Virus record (IMG/VR): IMGVR_UViG_3300030330_003037
Span: 1-32,896 of that record
Source: a virus
Lineage: Duplodnaviria; Caudoviricetes
Strand: one strand, 5' to 3'
Length of the DNA stretch: 32,896 nucleotides
The position numbers were made by a program, and so were the translations under genes. The notes under the pieces are model-generated. The model was given only the letters and a program-made list of their open reading frames with translations, was not told the DNA's origin and did no database searches. Below, in pieces: positions 1 through 7,706 of the stretch. Numbering within the stretch: the first letter of the stretch is position 1; every line of letters begins with the position of its first letter.

Positions 1-342
1 CTCGATCGGTGAACCGTTCAGATCCTCCGGTCGGTACACGTACAGGGCGCAACCTCTAGGGTCCGATTGGTGGTAGATCCTCAGGCCGAACCGTTGCGCT
101 GTCTTGCGAGCACGATCCAACGCGTAGTCCTCAAAGTTGAATGTGGGGCGTCCTTTCGCCGTGTAGTCTCCCCACCGATCCTTACGGTAGAGGTGAGGTT
201 CCCCCGTGTCGTCATCCCATTGGATGCGACCGTTACATTCATCCTCGCTCCATTTGTGGAGGATCCTTTCACAGTCGCGTAGCTTTCGCCACGCATAATC
301 TGTCACCCCATAACGGGAGCGGATTCTGGTTCGGTTGCTCAT
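1..342 (-). CDS. Phage hypothetical protein, 3'-truncated by the window edge (not in ORF track)
   Basis: Manual translation from ATG 342: MSNRTRIRSRYGVTDYAWRKLRDCERILHKWSEDECNGRIQWDDDTGEPHLYRKDRWGDY...RIYHQSDPRGCALYVY..., open to position 1. The start overlaps the stop of 339..557 (ATGA). Confidence 0.75.
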   Translation of the reverse strand, partial: MSNRTRIRSRYGVTDYAWRKLRDCERILHKWSEDECNGRIQWDDDTGEPHLYRKDRWGDYTAKGRPTFNFEDYALDRARKTAQRFGLRIYHQSDPRGCALYVYRPEDLNGSPIE

Positions 343-557
343 TGTTCGGCCTCGTAAGTGAAACTGCCAATCCTGTTGCCATTAGCATCGCGGATCGGTT
401 CAATCCATCGCGTGGTTCTGTCGCCGCCAACGTCGTTGGCTGCTTCCTTTGTCATCCGCGCCCGTAGCTGCCGCAGGATCCATCCAATCTCTTGGAACGT
501 CTCGCAGTCGGTCTCACCGAACGCCGCATTGTCGGTCTCGAATTCAAGTTTGAACAT
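339..557 (-). CDS. Small phage hypothetical protein (MFKLEFETDNAAF...)
   Basis: 72-aa ORF in a tightly packed leftward run; its stop overlaps the next start. Confidence 0.75.
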   Translation of the reverse strand: MFKLEFETDNAAFGETDCETFQEIGWILRQLRARMTKEAANDVGGDRTTRWIEPIRDANGNRIGSFTYEAEQ

Positions 558-558
558 T

Positions 559-729
559 TCAGGGATGCGAAACGAAATAATGGGCTACAGCTGTAGGAAT
601 GCCAGACAGGTTCAGTCGTCCGTTCTGCTCATCGCAGAAGTCCTCGGCATCGTCCGATGACCAGAAGCGGCCAACGTATTGCGTGTCTGGTACGTCAACC
701 GACCAGAAGCGCACTAGAAATTCATCCAT
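559..729 (-). CDS. Small hypothetical protein, 56 aa (not in ORF track)
   Basis: MDEFLVRFWSVDVPDTQYVGRFWSSDDAEDFCDEQNGRLNLSGIPTAVAHYFVSHP*; TGATG overlap with the upstream gene; ends 1 nt before the next start. Confidence 0.65.
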   Translation of the reverse strand: MDEFLVRFWSVDVPDTQYVGRFWSSDDAEDFCDEQNGRLNLSGIPTAVAHYFVSHP

Positions 730-884
730 CACCGCGCCACCATCCGATAAGTTTGGGTGCCCGTGTGTTGTGTTGGTACGTCAGCCAGTGACGACAGGCC
801 AACGTGAAACCCAACACCGATCAACCCGATGGTGAACAGTGCCATGCAGCAGTCGTGCAACAGCTTTTCGTACTTGTAAAACAT
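729..884 (-). CDS. Small membrane protein, 51 aa (not in ORF track)
   Basis: MFYKYEKLLHDCCMALFTIGLIGVGFHVGLSSLADVPTQHTGTQTYRMVAR*; one hydrophobic segment; preceded by an A/C-rich leader repeat. Confidence 0.6.
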   Translation of the reverse strand: MFYKYEKLLHDCCMALFTIGLIGVGFHVGLSSLADVPTQHTGTQTYRMVAR

Positions 885-893
885 TAGTTTAGT

Positions 894-1110
894 GTTGTTT
901 GTGGTTGGTTTTCTTAAGTGTTCGGCTCATCTCAGCAGCCCTCCGCATATGGTTTGGCGCGTTGAACGTGTGGCATCGCCGCAGCCCGTAAGACTGCCTC
1001 ATACATGCTCGGTGCTTTAACATCGATTACATACCAGCCCTTACGGGTCCGGATACATACAGGATGCAATTCCATTGTGTTGGGTTTGAGTTGTTTGTGG
1101 TTGGTTTTCT
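894..1110 (-). repeat. 21-bp exact direct repeat (894-914 and 1090-1110) upstream of two small genes
   Basis: GTTGTTTGTGGTTGGTTTTCT twice; on the coding strand AGAAAACCAACCACAAACAAC, 9 and 14 nt before the ATGs at 884 and 1075. Confidence 0.85.
932..1075 (-). CDS. Small hypothetical protein, 47 aa (not in ORF track)
   Basis: MELHPVCIRTRKGWYVIDVKAPSMYEAVLRAAAMPHVQRAKPYAEGC*; carries the same leader repeat. Confidence 0.55.
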   Translation of the reverse strand: MELHPVCIRTRKGWYVIDVKAPSMYEAVLRAAAMPHVQRAKPYAEGC

Positions 1111-1213
1111 CTCACATTGCGGCCGCAGCGGTGAAAACGTGCGATCTGGTGAGAATGTAGGCGACCGCTGGCAGGATTAACCCGGTTTGGTCGCCTGTTG
1201 CGCTGTTTTGGTG

Positions 1214-1468
1214 TCAGGCTGCGGTTTTGGCCTTGTCGATTGACTTGCCAAGCTCAAGGAAGGCAGCCGCTAGCTTTTGTTGTGTTGCTTCGCAGTCGTC
1301 GTCCAAGTAGCGGTAACGAATGTAGGAGCAAACAGCATCGAGCAAGTAAGCCTCATCTAAGAAGCGGACTTCAACGGCGTTGTTCTCGCCTTGGATCGTG
1401 ATGGAGGATGACACGATGGAGACTTGGCAGCGCTGCCCATCGTATCGGTCGGTAGTGAACTTGTTCAT
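1214..1468 (-). CDS. Hypothetical protein, first gene of the leftward cluster
   Basis: Start reassigned to ATG 1468 (MNKFTTDRYDG...), which follows the A/C-rich leader AACAACACAAAACACACC. Confidence 0.65.
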   Translation of the reverse strand: MNKFTTDRYDGQRCQVSIVSSSITIQGENNAVEVRFLDEAYLLDAVCSYIRYRYLDDDCEATQQKLAAAFLELGKSIDKAKTAA

Positions 1469-1578
1469 GGTGTGTTTTGTGTTGTTCGAGAGTAGCTGTC
1501 TGCCCCTCTCAATCAATACAATACACCATCTTGAGCCCCTGATCGCCCTGATGTGACGATTTCTGATGTGGTTTTTTC

Positions 1579-1632
1579 ATTCTCAATAAGGTGGAGTAGT
1601 TGATTCTCAATAGCGGGGGTGCTATTGCGAAT
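1579..1632. promoter_or_regulatory. ATTCTCAATA repeats and inverted repeat (putative protein-binding site)
   Basis: ATTCTCAATA at 1579 and 1603; ATTCTCAATAGC(1603-1614)-GGGGGT-GCTATTGCGAAT(1621-1632), 1 mismatch. Confidence 0.45.
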
Positions 1633-1694
1633 GCCTACCCTAGCAGCAGTTTTCGGGGAACTTAAACATATATTCGCTAAACAGCTCTTTTGTA

Positions 1695-1722
1695 TTAAAA
1701 AAGCCCCCCAAGGATGGGAGGC
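1695..1722 (-). terminator. Rho-independent terminator of the terS-like gene
   Basis: Minus strand GCCTCCCA-TCCT-TGGGGGGC followed by TTTTTT, 28 nt after the stop. Confidence 0.75.
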
Positions 1723-1750
1723 GGGGGAGGGGTTTGCGTTTGCTGGAGCG

Positions 1751-2131
1751 TCAGTCGGGCTTGTCCTGAATTTTGATGGTCAATTCAGGCGCTTGGATAT
1801 TGACGGTTTCAACAGACTCACCGATGACACGTCCGATGGAATCGAGCACTTGCGTTGCAGTTTGCAGTTGCCCCTTCTTCAGAGCTTGATGGAAGAGCTT
1901 GGTCCGCATGTGCTGCAGACGAGCGAGCATATTTTCGCGATCATTTTTCCAGTCTTCATCAACGAGCTGTTTTACGGCTGCCCAATCGCGCCAAGCAGTT
2001 TTGATTGAGACCTGTTCTTTGTCCGCGTGATCGTAAACAAGTGCCCGAGCGGACAAGCCGTCCAACTGGCGACGATACAAACGCCTGACACGGGCTTCTA
2101 CAACAGCATCAGGCGATCGTCCGACGGTCAT
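1751..2131 (-). CDS. Putative terminase small subunit (HTH-like protein)
   Basis: 126 aa, adjacent to terL; HTH-like N-terminus (VSIKTAWRDW), helical middle and beta-rich C-terminal tail (PELTIKI), which is a TerS-like layout. Confidence 0.55.
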   Translation of the reverse strand: MTVGRSPDAVVEARVRRLYRRQLDGLSARALVYDHADKEQVSIKTAWRDWAAVKQLVDEDWKNDRENMLARLQHMRTKLFHQALKKGQLQTATQVLDSIGRVIGESVETVNIQAPELTIKIQDKPD

Positions 2132-2223
2132 TGCCTTAATTGACTATCTTTCCTCGATACTACCCCTTGCTGGAGCGGTTTGAAGGGGGGTAGGGGTTGA
2201 AAACCTCCGTTATTGTGGAGCGC

Positions 2224-3477
2224 ATGGCAGTAAAAGAGCAACCGATTGAGCTTCGCTGGGCACAAGGCGAAGTTTTCAAGTGCGACAAACGTTTCAGGGT
2301 GTTGGTTGCGGGTCGCAGATTCGGCAAATCGTACTTGGCTTGCGTTGAGCTGTTGCGTGGAGCGTTGAATGCACCGGGCGAGACGTTTTTTTATTGTGCT
2401 CCGACGTATCGGATGGCAAAGGATATTGCGTGGCGAGCGTTAAAGAAGCTGGTTCCAAAGGTTTGGATCAAGGCGAAGAACGAAACCGACCTTCGGATTG
2501 AGCTGATTAACGGTTCAACGATTGAATTGAAGGGTACTGAGAACGCGATGGCGTTGAGGGGCCGCAGTTTGAGCGGTGTGGTGTTGGACGAGGCTGCATT
2601 TATGGAGCCAGAGGTATGGTTTGAGGTAATTCGACCTGCTTTAGCGGATAAGGAGGGCTGGGCGTTATTTATTTCAACACCTGATGGGACGGCTAGCTGG
2701 TTTTACGATTTGTGGTGTTATGTAGAGGAAGATCCGAAGGATTTATGGCGTCGATGGAGCTATACGACGATTGAAGGAGGAAATGTTAGTAAACAAGAGG
2801 TCGAAGCAGCCCGCGCTCAACTTGATTCGCGCACGTTCCGCCAGGAATTTGAAGCGTCGTTCGAGAACCTCACCGGACTGGTCGCCATCAGCTTCTCCGA
2901 CGACAACATCTCCCCCGACGCCAAGGACATCTCGATCCAACCGTTGCTGCTAGGCGTTGACTTCAACGTTGATCCAATGAGCGGCATCTGTGCGGTCAAA
3001 GATCAGGACACGTTGTACGTGTTTGACGAGATCATGTTGACGGGCGGGGCCACCACTTGGGATTTTGCGGAGGAAGTTACCCGTAGGTATGGGGTGGATC
3101 GTCGGGTTATTGCTTGTCCTGACCCTACGGGCGGAGCCAGGAAGACAAGCGGTGTGGGCGTAACGGACCACGCAATCCTCAGGCGCAGTGGCTTTACGGT
3201 TCAAAGTCCTAGGTCGCCGTGGAAAATCCGTGACAAGATCACAGCGGTCAACACTGGCCTAATGGACGCTTCTGGAGCGCGTCGGGTGAAGATCCATCCA
3301 CGTTGTAAGGAGTTGATCAAGTCGTTGCGGACGTTGACCTATGCCCCTGGGACGGGTCTACCTAACAAAAATCTAGGCGTGGACCACGCCTTTGATGCTT
3401 TCGGGTATCTTGTGCTCCAACAGTTCAACTTGGCCAAGCCTGAGGCCATGGGAACTACGTCATACCGCTTGTATTGA
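2224..3477 (+). CDS. terL: Terminase large subunit
   Basis: Walker A AGRRFGKS, LRGRSLSGVVLDEAAF (Walker B), ISTP motif, nuclease motifs GVDFNVDP and DHAFDAFGY; ATG 2224. Confidence 0.95.
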   Translation: MAVKEQPIELRWAQGEVFKCDKRFRVLVAGRRFGKSYLACVELLRGALNAPGETFFYCAPTYRMAKDIAWRALKKLVPKVWIKAKNETDLRIELINGSTIELKGTENAMALRGRSLSGVVLDEAAFMEPEVWFEVIRPALADKEGWALFISTPDGTASWFYDLWCYVEEDPKDLWRRWSYTTIEGGNVSKQEVEAARAQLDSRTFRQEFEASFENLTGLVAISFSDDNISPDAKDISIQPLLLGVDFNVDPMSGICAVKDQDTLYVFDEIMLTGGATTWDFAEEVTRRYGVDRRVIACPDPTGGARKTSGVGVTDHAILRRSGFTVQSPRSPWKIRDKITAVNTGLMDASGARRVKIHPRCKELIKSLRTLTYAPGTGLPNKNLGVDHAFDAFGYLVLQQFNLAKPEAMGTTSYRLY

Positions 3478-3479
3478 GG

Positions 3480-3734
3480 ATGTTCCGTCCGCTCAACGCG
3501 CCTCTCTGCCCAAAATGCGGCTCAGAGGAGTCCAAGGTGATGGGGCGATATACGTCACAGGACAACGATTGTGTGCGTGAGCGGCGTTGTTTGAGTTGTG
3601 ATCACCGTTGGAAGACGCTGCAATCAGCTGAGGAGGCGCTTGATCCGTCGATACAGGTGCGATTTTTCCGATGGAATTCACCGAGTGGTAGCAAACGGCG
3701 CGTAACGCTGGAGTATGCGTCGAAAAGTTCTTAG
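3480..3734 (+). CDS. Zinc-ribbon protein resembling the NrdR N-terminal domain
   Basis: CPKCGSEESKV...RERRCLSCDHRWKT; too short to include an ATP-cone. Confidence 0.7.
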   Translation: MFRPLNAPLCPKCGSEESKVMGRYTSQDNDCVRERRCLSCDHRWKTLQSAEEALDPSIQVRFFRWNSPSGSKRRVTLEYASKSS

Positions 3735-3830
3735 GATGGCGGGGTAACTTTGCCAAAAGGCGAAGGACAAGTCTCCTGCAGCGGATCAGGAGTGAGGGAC
3801 GCCAGGTGCGCGAGCCGGTTCTAGTCCGCA
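3735..3830 (+). ncRNA. Candidate structured RNA (three-way junction plus pseudoknot)
   Basis: P1 UGGCG/CGCCA, P2 CUUUGCC/GGCGAAG, P3 CUCCUG/CAGGAG; P3 loop GCGGA is complementary to downstream UCCGC; fills the intergenic gap. Confidence 0.55.
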
Positions 3831-3844
3831 ATCATTTAGGGCGT

Positions 3845-3850
3845 TAGACT
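3845..3850 (+). promoter_or_regulatory. Putative -10 element TAGACT (also at 4419, 7561, 12093)
   Basis: Identical TAnnnT hexamer 21-30 nt upstream of four gene starts in the structural region. Confidence 0.5.
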
Positions 3851-3874
3851 GAATTTGTCGTCGCATTTTGCGTC

Positions 3875-3964
3875 ATGCCTAAGGGTCCTGGAACTTACGG
3901 CACACAAAAAGGCCGTCCGCCCAAGAAGAAAAAGGGCATGAAAAAGGGCAGCAAAAAGATGTGA
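3875..3964 (+). CDS. Small Lys-rich basic peptide, 29 aa (not in ORF track)
   Basis: MPKGPGTYGTQKGRPPKKKKGMKKGSKKM*; TGATG-coupled to the next gene; downstream of TAGACT. Confidence 0.7.
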   Translation: MPKGPGTYGTQKGRPPKKKKGMKKGSKKM

Positions 3965-4194
3965 TGGCTGCCCGTAAATTTCGTAAAACCCGCAAGGATC
4001 CCAAGACTGGGGTAGCACAGAAGTACCTTTCTGGCTCTAAAAATCGAGCCGCTAAGGCGGCAGAGATTAAAGAGACTGCCAGGAAGTACAAGCGGGGCGA
4101 AAATATCGACGTCAAAGCCGTCAGTCGTTCCAGGAGCCAGCAGGATGCCAGCAAAACCACTAAACGAAAAAACAAAAAAGGCTCTAAGAGATAA
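3964..4194 (+). CDS. Small basic protein
   Basis: Very K/R-rich 76-aa ORF with a coupled start. Confidence 0.7.
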   Translation: MAARKFRKTRKDPKTGVAQKYLSGSKNRAAKAAEIKETARKYKRGENIDVKAVSRSRSQQDASKTTKRKNKKGSKR

Positions 4195-4396
4195 GGCTGA
4201 GGGCACCCGCTTCACTTACGGCGAGCTGGCTCAGGTTTATCGTCGTGGGCAAGGTGCATACCTGTCTAGCGGCTCCCGTAACGTTTCTATGGCGGCTTGG
4301 GCAATGGGTAGGGTTAACAGCTATATGTCAGGCAAAGGAGGCGCTCGCAAGGCCGATTCTGATATCTACAAAAAAGCGCGAAGTCGCGGTAAGTAA
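4145..4396 (+). CDS. Small basic phage protein
   Basis: 83 aa; YRRGQGAYLSSGSR...AWAMGRVNSY...ADSDI pattern, recalled from marine phage small proteins. Confidence 0.75.
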   Translation: MPAKPLNEKTKKALRDKAEGTRFTYGELAQVYRRGQGAYLSSGSRNVSMAAWAMGRVNSYMSGKGGARKADSDIYKKARSRGK

Positions 4397-4454
4397 TGGC
4401 TTGACGGTTGTAAAGAGTTAGACTCGGGGTTATAGACCCTTCCTATGTCTAATC

Positions 4455-4877
4455 ATGGCCATCCTTCGCGGAGAGCAAGGTGCGGTCCAGTTTGACGCTG
4501 CTGGTTCTTCCAACGCCACTATCGTCGGTACTCGCAGCTGGACACTGAACATCACCAAAGAAACGCTGGACGTTACCGATCACGGTGACACGTTCCGTAG
4601 TTTTGTCGGCAGCATGGTCAGCGGTTCTGGCACTGTTGAGCTGGTTTACGACCCAGAGGCAAGTGGTCAGGCTACTTTCATTGAAGACGTTGTAACCACT
4701 GCAGACCCTGCAGACGCAACTTTCGAGTTGTTCACGACCGGCACCACCTCTGGCACTGACTCTGTAAGTTTTGCCGGAATCATCACCAGCATGGATATTT
4801 CGTCCACCGTTGGTGATCTGGTTGTTGCCACCTGCAACTTCGTCACCAGTGGCACCATCACTTCCAACCTTGAATAA
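4455..4877 (+). CDS. Major tail (tube) protein
   Basis: 140 aa, beta-rich and T/S-rich; WTLNITKETLDVTDHGD, SGSGTVEL, FAGIITS, ATCNFVTSG fit siphovirus tube proteins; no other tube candidate in the tail operon. Confidence 0.8.
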   Translation: MAILRGEQGAVQFDAAGSSNATIVGTRSWTLNITKETLDVTDHGDTFRSFVGSMVSGSGTVELVYDPEASGQATFIEDVVTTADPADATFELFTTGTTSGTDSVSFAGIITSMDISSTVGDLVVATCNFVTSGTITSNLE

Positions 4878-4888
4878 GGGTTGATCTG

Positions 4889-5173
4889 ATGGCCAAAATC
4901 GAGCGTGGTGGCCACGTTTTTGATGGCTACAACAAGCCGATCCGTACTCCTGGGCATTCCAGCGGTAAATCCCATGCTGTTGTTATCAAAGACAACGGCA
5001 AGGATCGGCTGATTCGATTTGGCCAGCAGGGTGCCAAAACAGCAGGCAAGCCAAAGCCTGGCGAAAGCGAGGCGATGAAAAAGAAACGTGCTGCCTTTAA
5101 AAAGCGACACGCCAAAAACATCGCCAAAGGCAAAACCAGTGCTGCTTACTGGGCAAATCGCGTGAAATGGTGA
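4889..5173 (+). CDS. Small basic phage protein
   Basis: KSHAVV...LIRFGQQGA...FKKRHAKNIAKGKTSAAYWANRVKW; ends immediately before the portal start. Confidence 0.75.
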   Translation: MAKIERGGHVFDGYNKPIRTPGHSSGKSHAVVIKDNGKDRLIRFGQQGAKTAGKPKPGESEAMKKKRAAFKKRHAKNIAKGKTSAAYWANRVKW

Positions 5174-5174
5174 C

Positions 5175-6677
5175 ATGACCTACTCCGTTCCAGGACTCGT
5201 CAGAACGCATCTCGTCAGCTCTTCCTATATGGGAAGTGTTGATAGTCCGTTCGTGCGAACACGGGCTGTGATCGACCAGATGAAGGGCTGGGAGATCATG
5301 AAGGCCGTTACAAACGGAACGGAGTATTTACGTGAAAACAGCGAAGCATTCCTGCCTCTAGAACCCCGCGAAGACTATTCCGCATATCTGGCGCGGGTCA
5401 ATCGTTCAGTTTTTACGCCTTACACGCAGCGGTTGATTCGAGCTGCTGCAGGCTTAATTCTTCGCAAACCAATCAGCATTGAAGGCGACCCTTATTGGAC
5501 AGAGGTCTTTAATAAGGATGTTGATGGATGTGGATCGGATTTAGATGAGTACGCTCGACGACTCTTGATTTGTGCCCTGACGTATGGGCACTGTCACACG
5601 CTGGTTGATTTTCCTGCGCCTTCGGACGCAAGAAGTCTTGCAGAGGAGCGTGCTCTTAATCGTCGGCCCTATTGGATTGAAGTGGATCCAACCAACATCT
5701 ACGGTTGGCGACTGGACCGCGAAACCAATTATGGAAACCTTACACAGGTTCGGATTGGGGAAAAGGCAGTAGTCCCTGATGGCGAGTTCGGAGAAAAAGT
5801 TTATGACCAAGTACGTGTCATCGAGCCTGGTCGTTATCGCGTCTTTCGACAGGAAGAAGAGAAAAAAGAAATGCAAGGGAAGTTTCCATACCCCTCTGCA
5901 TTCGATCAATCCGACGCTACGTCGCAGTATGAGCTGGTTGAATCTGGTCCTTACTCGCTCGATCAAATTCCACTGGTAACGATCTATGCGAATAAAACGG
6001 ACACAATGACCAGTAAGCCACCGCTTCTGGACATTGCTCATCTCAATCTGGCGCATTATCAACGGCAAGCGGACCTTATCCACAGTCTCCACATTGCTTC
6101 GCAACCGATGCTCGTCCTTGAGGGTTGGGACGACCAGACGAAGGACATGGCTATCAGCGTTAATTACGCGATGGCGACCCAGCCGGGTAACAAGGTCTAT
6201 TACGTGGAGCCTGCATCAAGCGCGTTTGAAGCGCAATCATCGGAAATACAAGAGCTACAGCAGCAGATGGGGACGCTTGGGATCAGCACGTTGAGCCAAC
6301 AAAAGTTTGTTGCTGAATCTGCTGACGCCCGCCGTCTGGATCGAATTGATCAAAATTCGATGTTGTCGATGGTGTCTATGGATCTGGAGTCAGGCTTGCA
6401 GAAGTCCTATGACTTGGCTGCAAATTATCTGGGCATTGAAGCTCCAAAGGTCAAGATCAGCCGTGACTTCGATCTGCAACGTCTGATCGGACAAGACATT
6501 GCTGCGATGGGTCAGCTGTTTGAAGATCAGATTATTAGTCGCGAAGAGTTCCGCGACATGCTGGTTCAAGGTGAGATCCTGCCTACAGCAGCAGAGCAAA
6601 AGCAAGATCCTCCCAGTGAAGAGTCTTCACCCAACAGCGATCAAATCGACCGTCTAATCAACGCAATGATGCAGTGA
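5175..6677 (+). CDS. Portal protein (DUF4055-like)
   Basis: 500 aa; [51 protein letters not shown] motifs; lies between terL and the capsid genes. Confidence 0.9.
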   Translation: MTYSVPGLVRTHLVSSSYMGSVDSPFVRTRAVIDQMKGWEIMKAVTNGTEYLRENSEAFLPLEPREDYSAYLARVNRSVFTPYTQRLIRAAAGLILRKPISIEGDPYWTEVFNKDVDGCGSDLDEYARRLLICALTYGHCHTLVDFPAPSDARSLAEERALNRRPYWIEVDPTNIYGWRLDRETNYGNLTQVRIGEKAVVPDGEFGEKVYDQVRVIEPGRYRVFRQEEEKKEMQGKFPYPSAFDQSDATSQYELVESGPYSLDQIPLVTIYANKTDTMTSKPPLLDIAHLNLAHYQRQADLIHSLHIASQPMLVLEGWDDQTKDMAISVNYAMATQPGNKVYYVEPASSAFEAQSSEIQELQQQMGTLGISTLSQQKFVAESADARRLDRIDQNSMLSMVSMDLESGLQKSYDLAANYLGIEAPKVKISRDFDLQRLIGQDIAAMGQLFEDQIISREEFRDMLVQGEILPTAAEQKQDPPSEESSPNSDQIDRLINAMMQ

Positions 6678-6681
6678 GGCC

Positions 6682-7563
6682 ATGGCAGACAAAACCAGCC
6701 TCACGCTTGCACAGATCACTGCCCTAGTAAAACTTGCTAAAAAGGTTGATCAGTTCAACAACCTGCTGTCTGGCAATGGCGCTCCAGGGGACATCGGCAC
6801 CAACGGCGATTGGTACGTTGATGTTTTAACGAAGCGGTTATACGGCCCAAAAACAAAAACAGGTTGGGCAGGACAGCCAGTTGCGATCGGCACATCAGAT
6901 GAAAGCGGCACTCCGCGTTCTACCGCTCCAAGAACAGCTGTTAATGCTGACGGCACATTGGCTGCTGGTTCAGGAGCAACTGGCCCTCAAGGTCCACAAG
7001 GTGAACAAGGGCCACAAGGCGAGCAAGGACCAGCCGGAGCAACTGGTGCTACTGGTGCAGCAGGAGCTACGGGAGCTACCGGACCACAAGGTCCAGCAGG
7101 TGCAGACGGAGCTAATGGAGCAGATGGAGCCGATGGTGCAACTGGCCCTCAAGGGCCACAAGGTGCAACTGGTCCACAAGGGCCTCAAGGTGACACAGGT
7201 TTAACGGGCGCTACTGGAGCTGCAGGTGCAGATGGCGCTGATGGTGCTGCTGCAACAATCGCAGTTGGCACAGTCACGACAGGAACTGCAGGATCTGCTG
7301 CTTCCGTAAGCAATAGCGGGACGTCAGCTGCAGCAGTTTTTGATTTCACGATTCCTCGTGGCGCAACAGGAGCCACTGGTGCTCAAGGTCCAGCTGGTTC
7401 TGATGCTTTTGTGGCTGTAGGAACTACTGCGGAACGCCCAGGATCTCCTGCTACTGGGGCAATCCGGTATAACACGACAGAAAATCGTTTTGAGGGTTAT
7501 AACGGAAGCGCCTGGCTAAATCTGTCACCCGCCAACGTGGATGAGCTTGGTGGTACGGTTTAG
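6682..7563 (+). CDS. Collagen-like fibre protein (probable head fibre or decoration protein)
   Basis: Long Gly-X-Y run; N-terminal GDWYVD...LYGPKT; C-terminal GTTAERP...[18 protein letters not shown]. Confidence 0.8.
   Translation: MADKTSLTLAQITALVKLAKKVDQFNNLLSGNGAPGDIGTNGDWYVDVLTKRLYGPKTKTGWAGQPVAIGTSDESGTPRSTAPRTAVNADGTLAAGSGATGPQGPQGEQGPQGEQGPAGATGATGAAGATGATGPQGPAGADGANGADGADGATGPQGPQGATGPQGPQGDTGLTGATGAAGADGADGAAATIAVGTVTTGTAGSAASVSNSGTSAAAVFDFTIPRGATGATGAQGPAGSDAFVAVGTTAERPGSPATGAIRYNTTENRFEGYNGSAWLNLSPANVDELGGTV
6973..7251 (+). repeat. Collagen Gly-X-Y repeat, 31 uninterrupted triplets
   Basis: Triplets such as GAT/GPQ/GEQ/GAD, seen as 9-nt periodicity. Confidence 0.9.
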
Positions 7564-7587
7564 ACTTAACAAAACGCCTACTTCGCC

Positions 7588-7692
7588 ATGGGACTTCGTT
7601 TTGAGGAAATCAATCCTCCCAAAAAAGAAGAAAAGCCCGCAGAAAAGAAGCCTGCCGCTAAAAAAGCAAAGGCAAGTAAGGTAGAAGAGTAA
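7588..7692 (+). CDS. Small K/E-rich peptide, 34 aa (not in ORF track)
   Basis: MGLRFEEINPPKKEEKPAEKKPAAKKAKASKVEE*; fills the gap, 21 nt after TAGACT. Confidence 0.55.
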   Translation: MGLRFEEINPPKKEEKPAEKKPAAKKAKASKVEE

Positions 7693-7706
7693 ATTCTTTT
7701 CTACTA

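Noticed and set aside
67-835. Several + strand ORFs in the track
   Set aside because: The minus strand is tiled by coupled ORFs with overlapping start and stop codons, so these are shadows
1619-2008. 129-aa + strand ORF before terL as an alternative co-directional terS
   Set aside because: Antisense to a better ORF, crosses a terminator and repeat region, and has no TerS-like features
3810-3830. GCCGGTTCTAGTCCGC resembles a tRNA T-arm, and the minus strand ends in CCCCGCCA
   Set aside because: No cloverleaf with D-arm, anticodon arm and 7-bp acceptor stem can be built on either strand; treated as part of the candidate structured RNA
6973-7251. Periodic repeats as a possible CRISPR array
   Set aside because: These are 9-nt collagen codon repeats within an ORF, with no repeat-spacer structure and no cas genes
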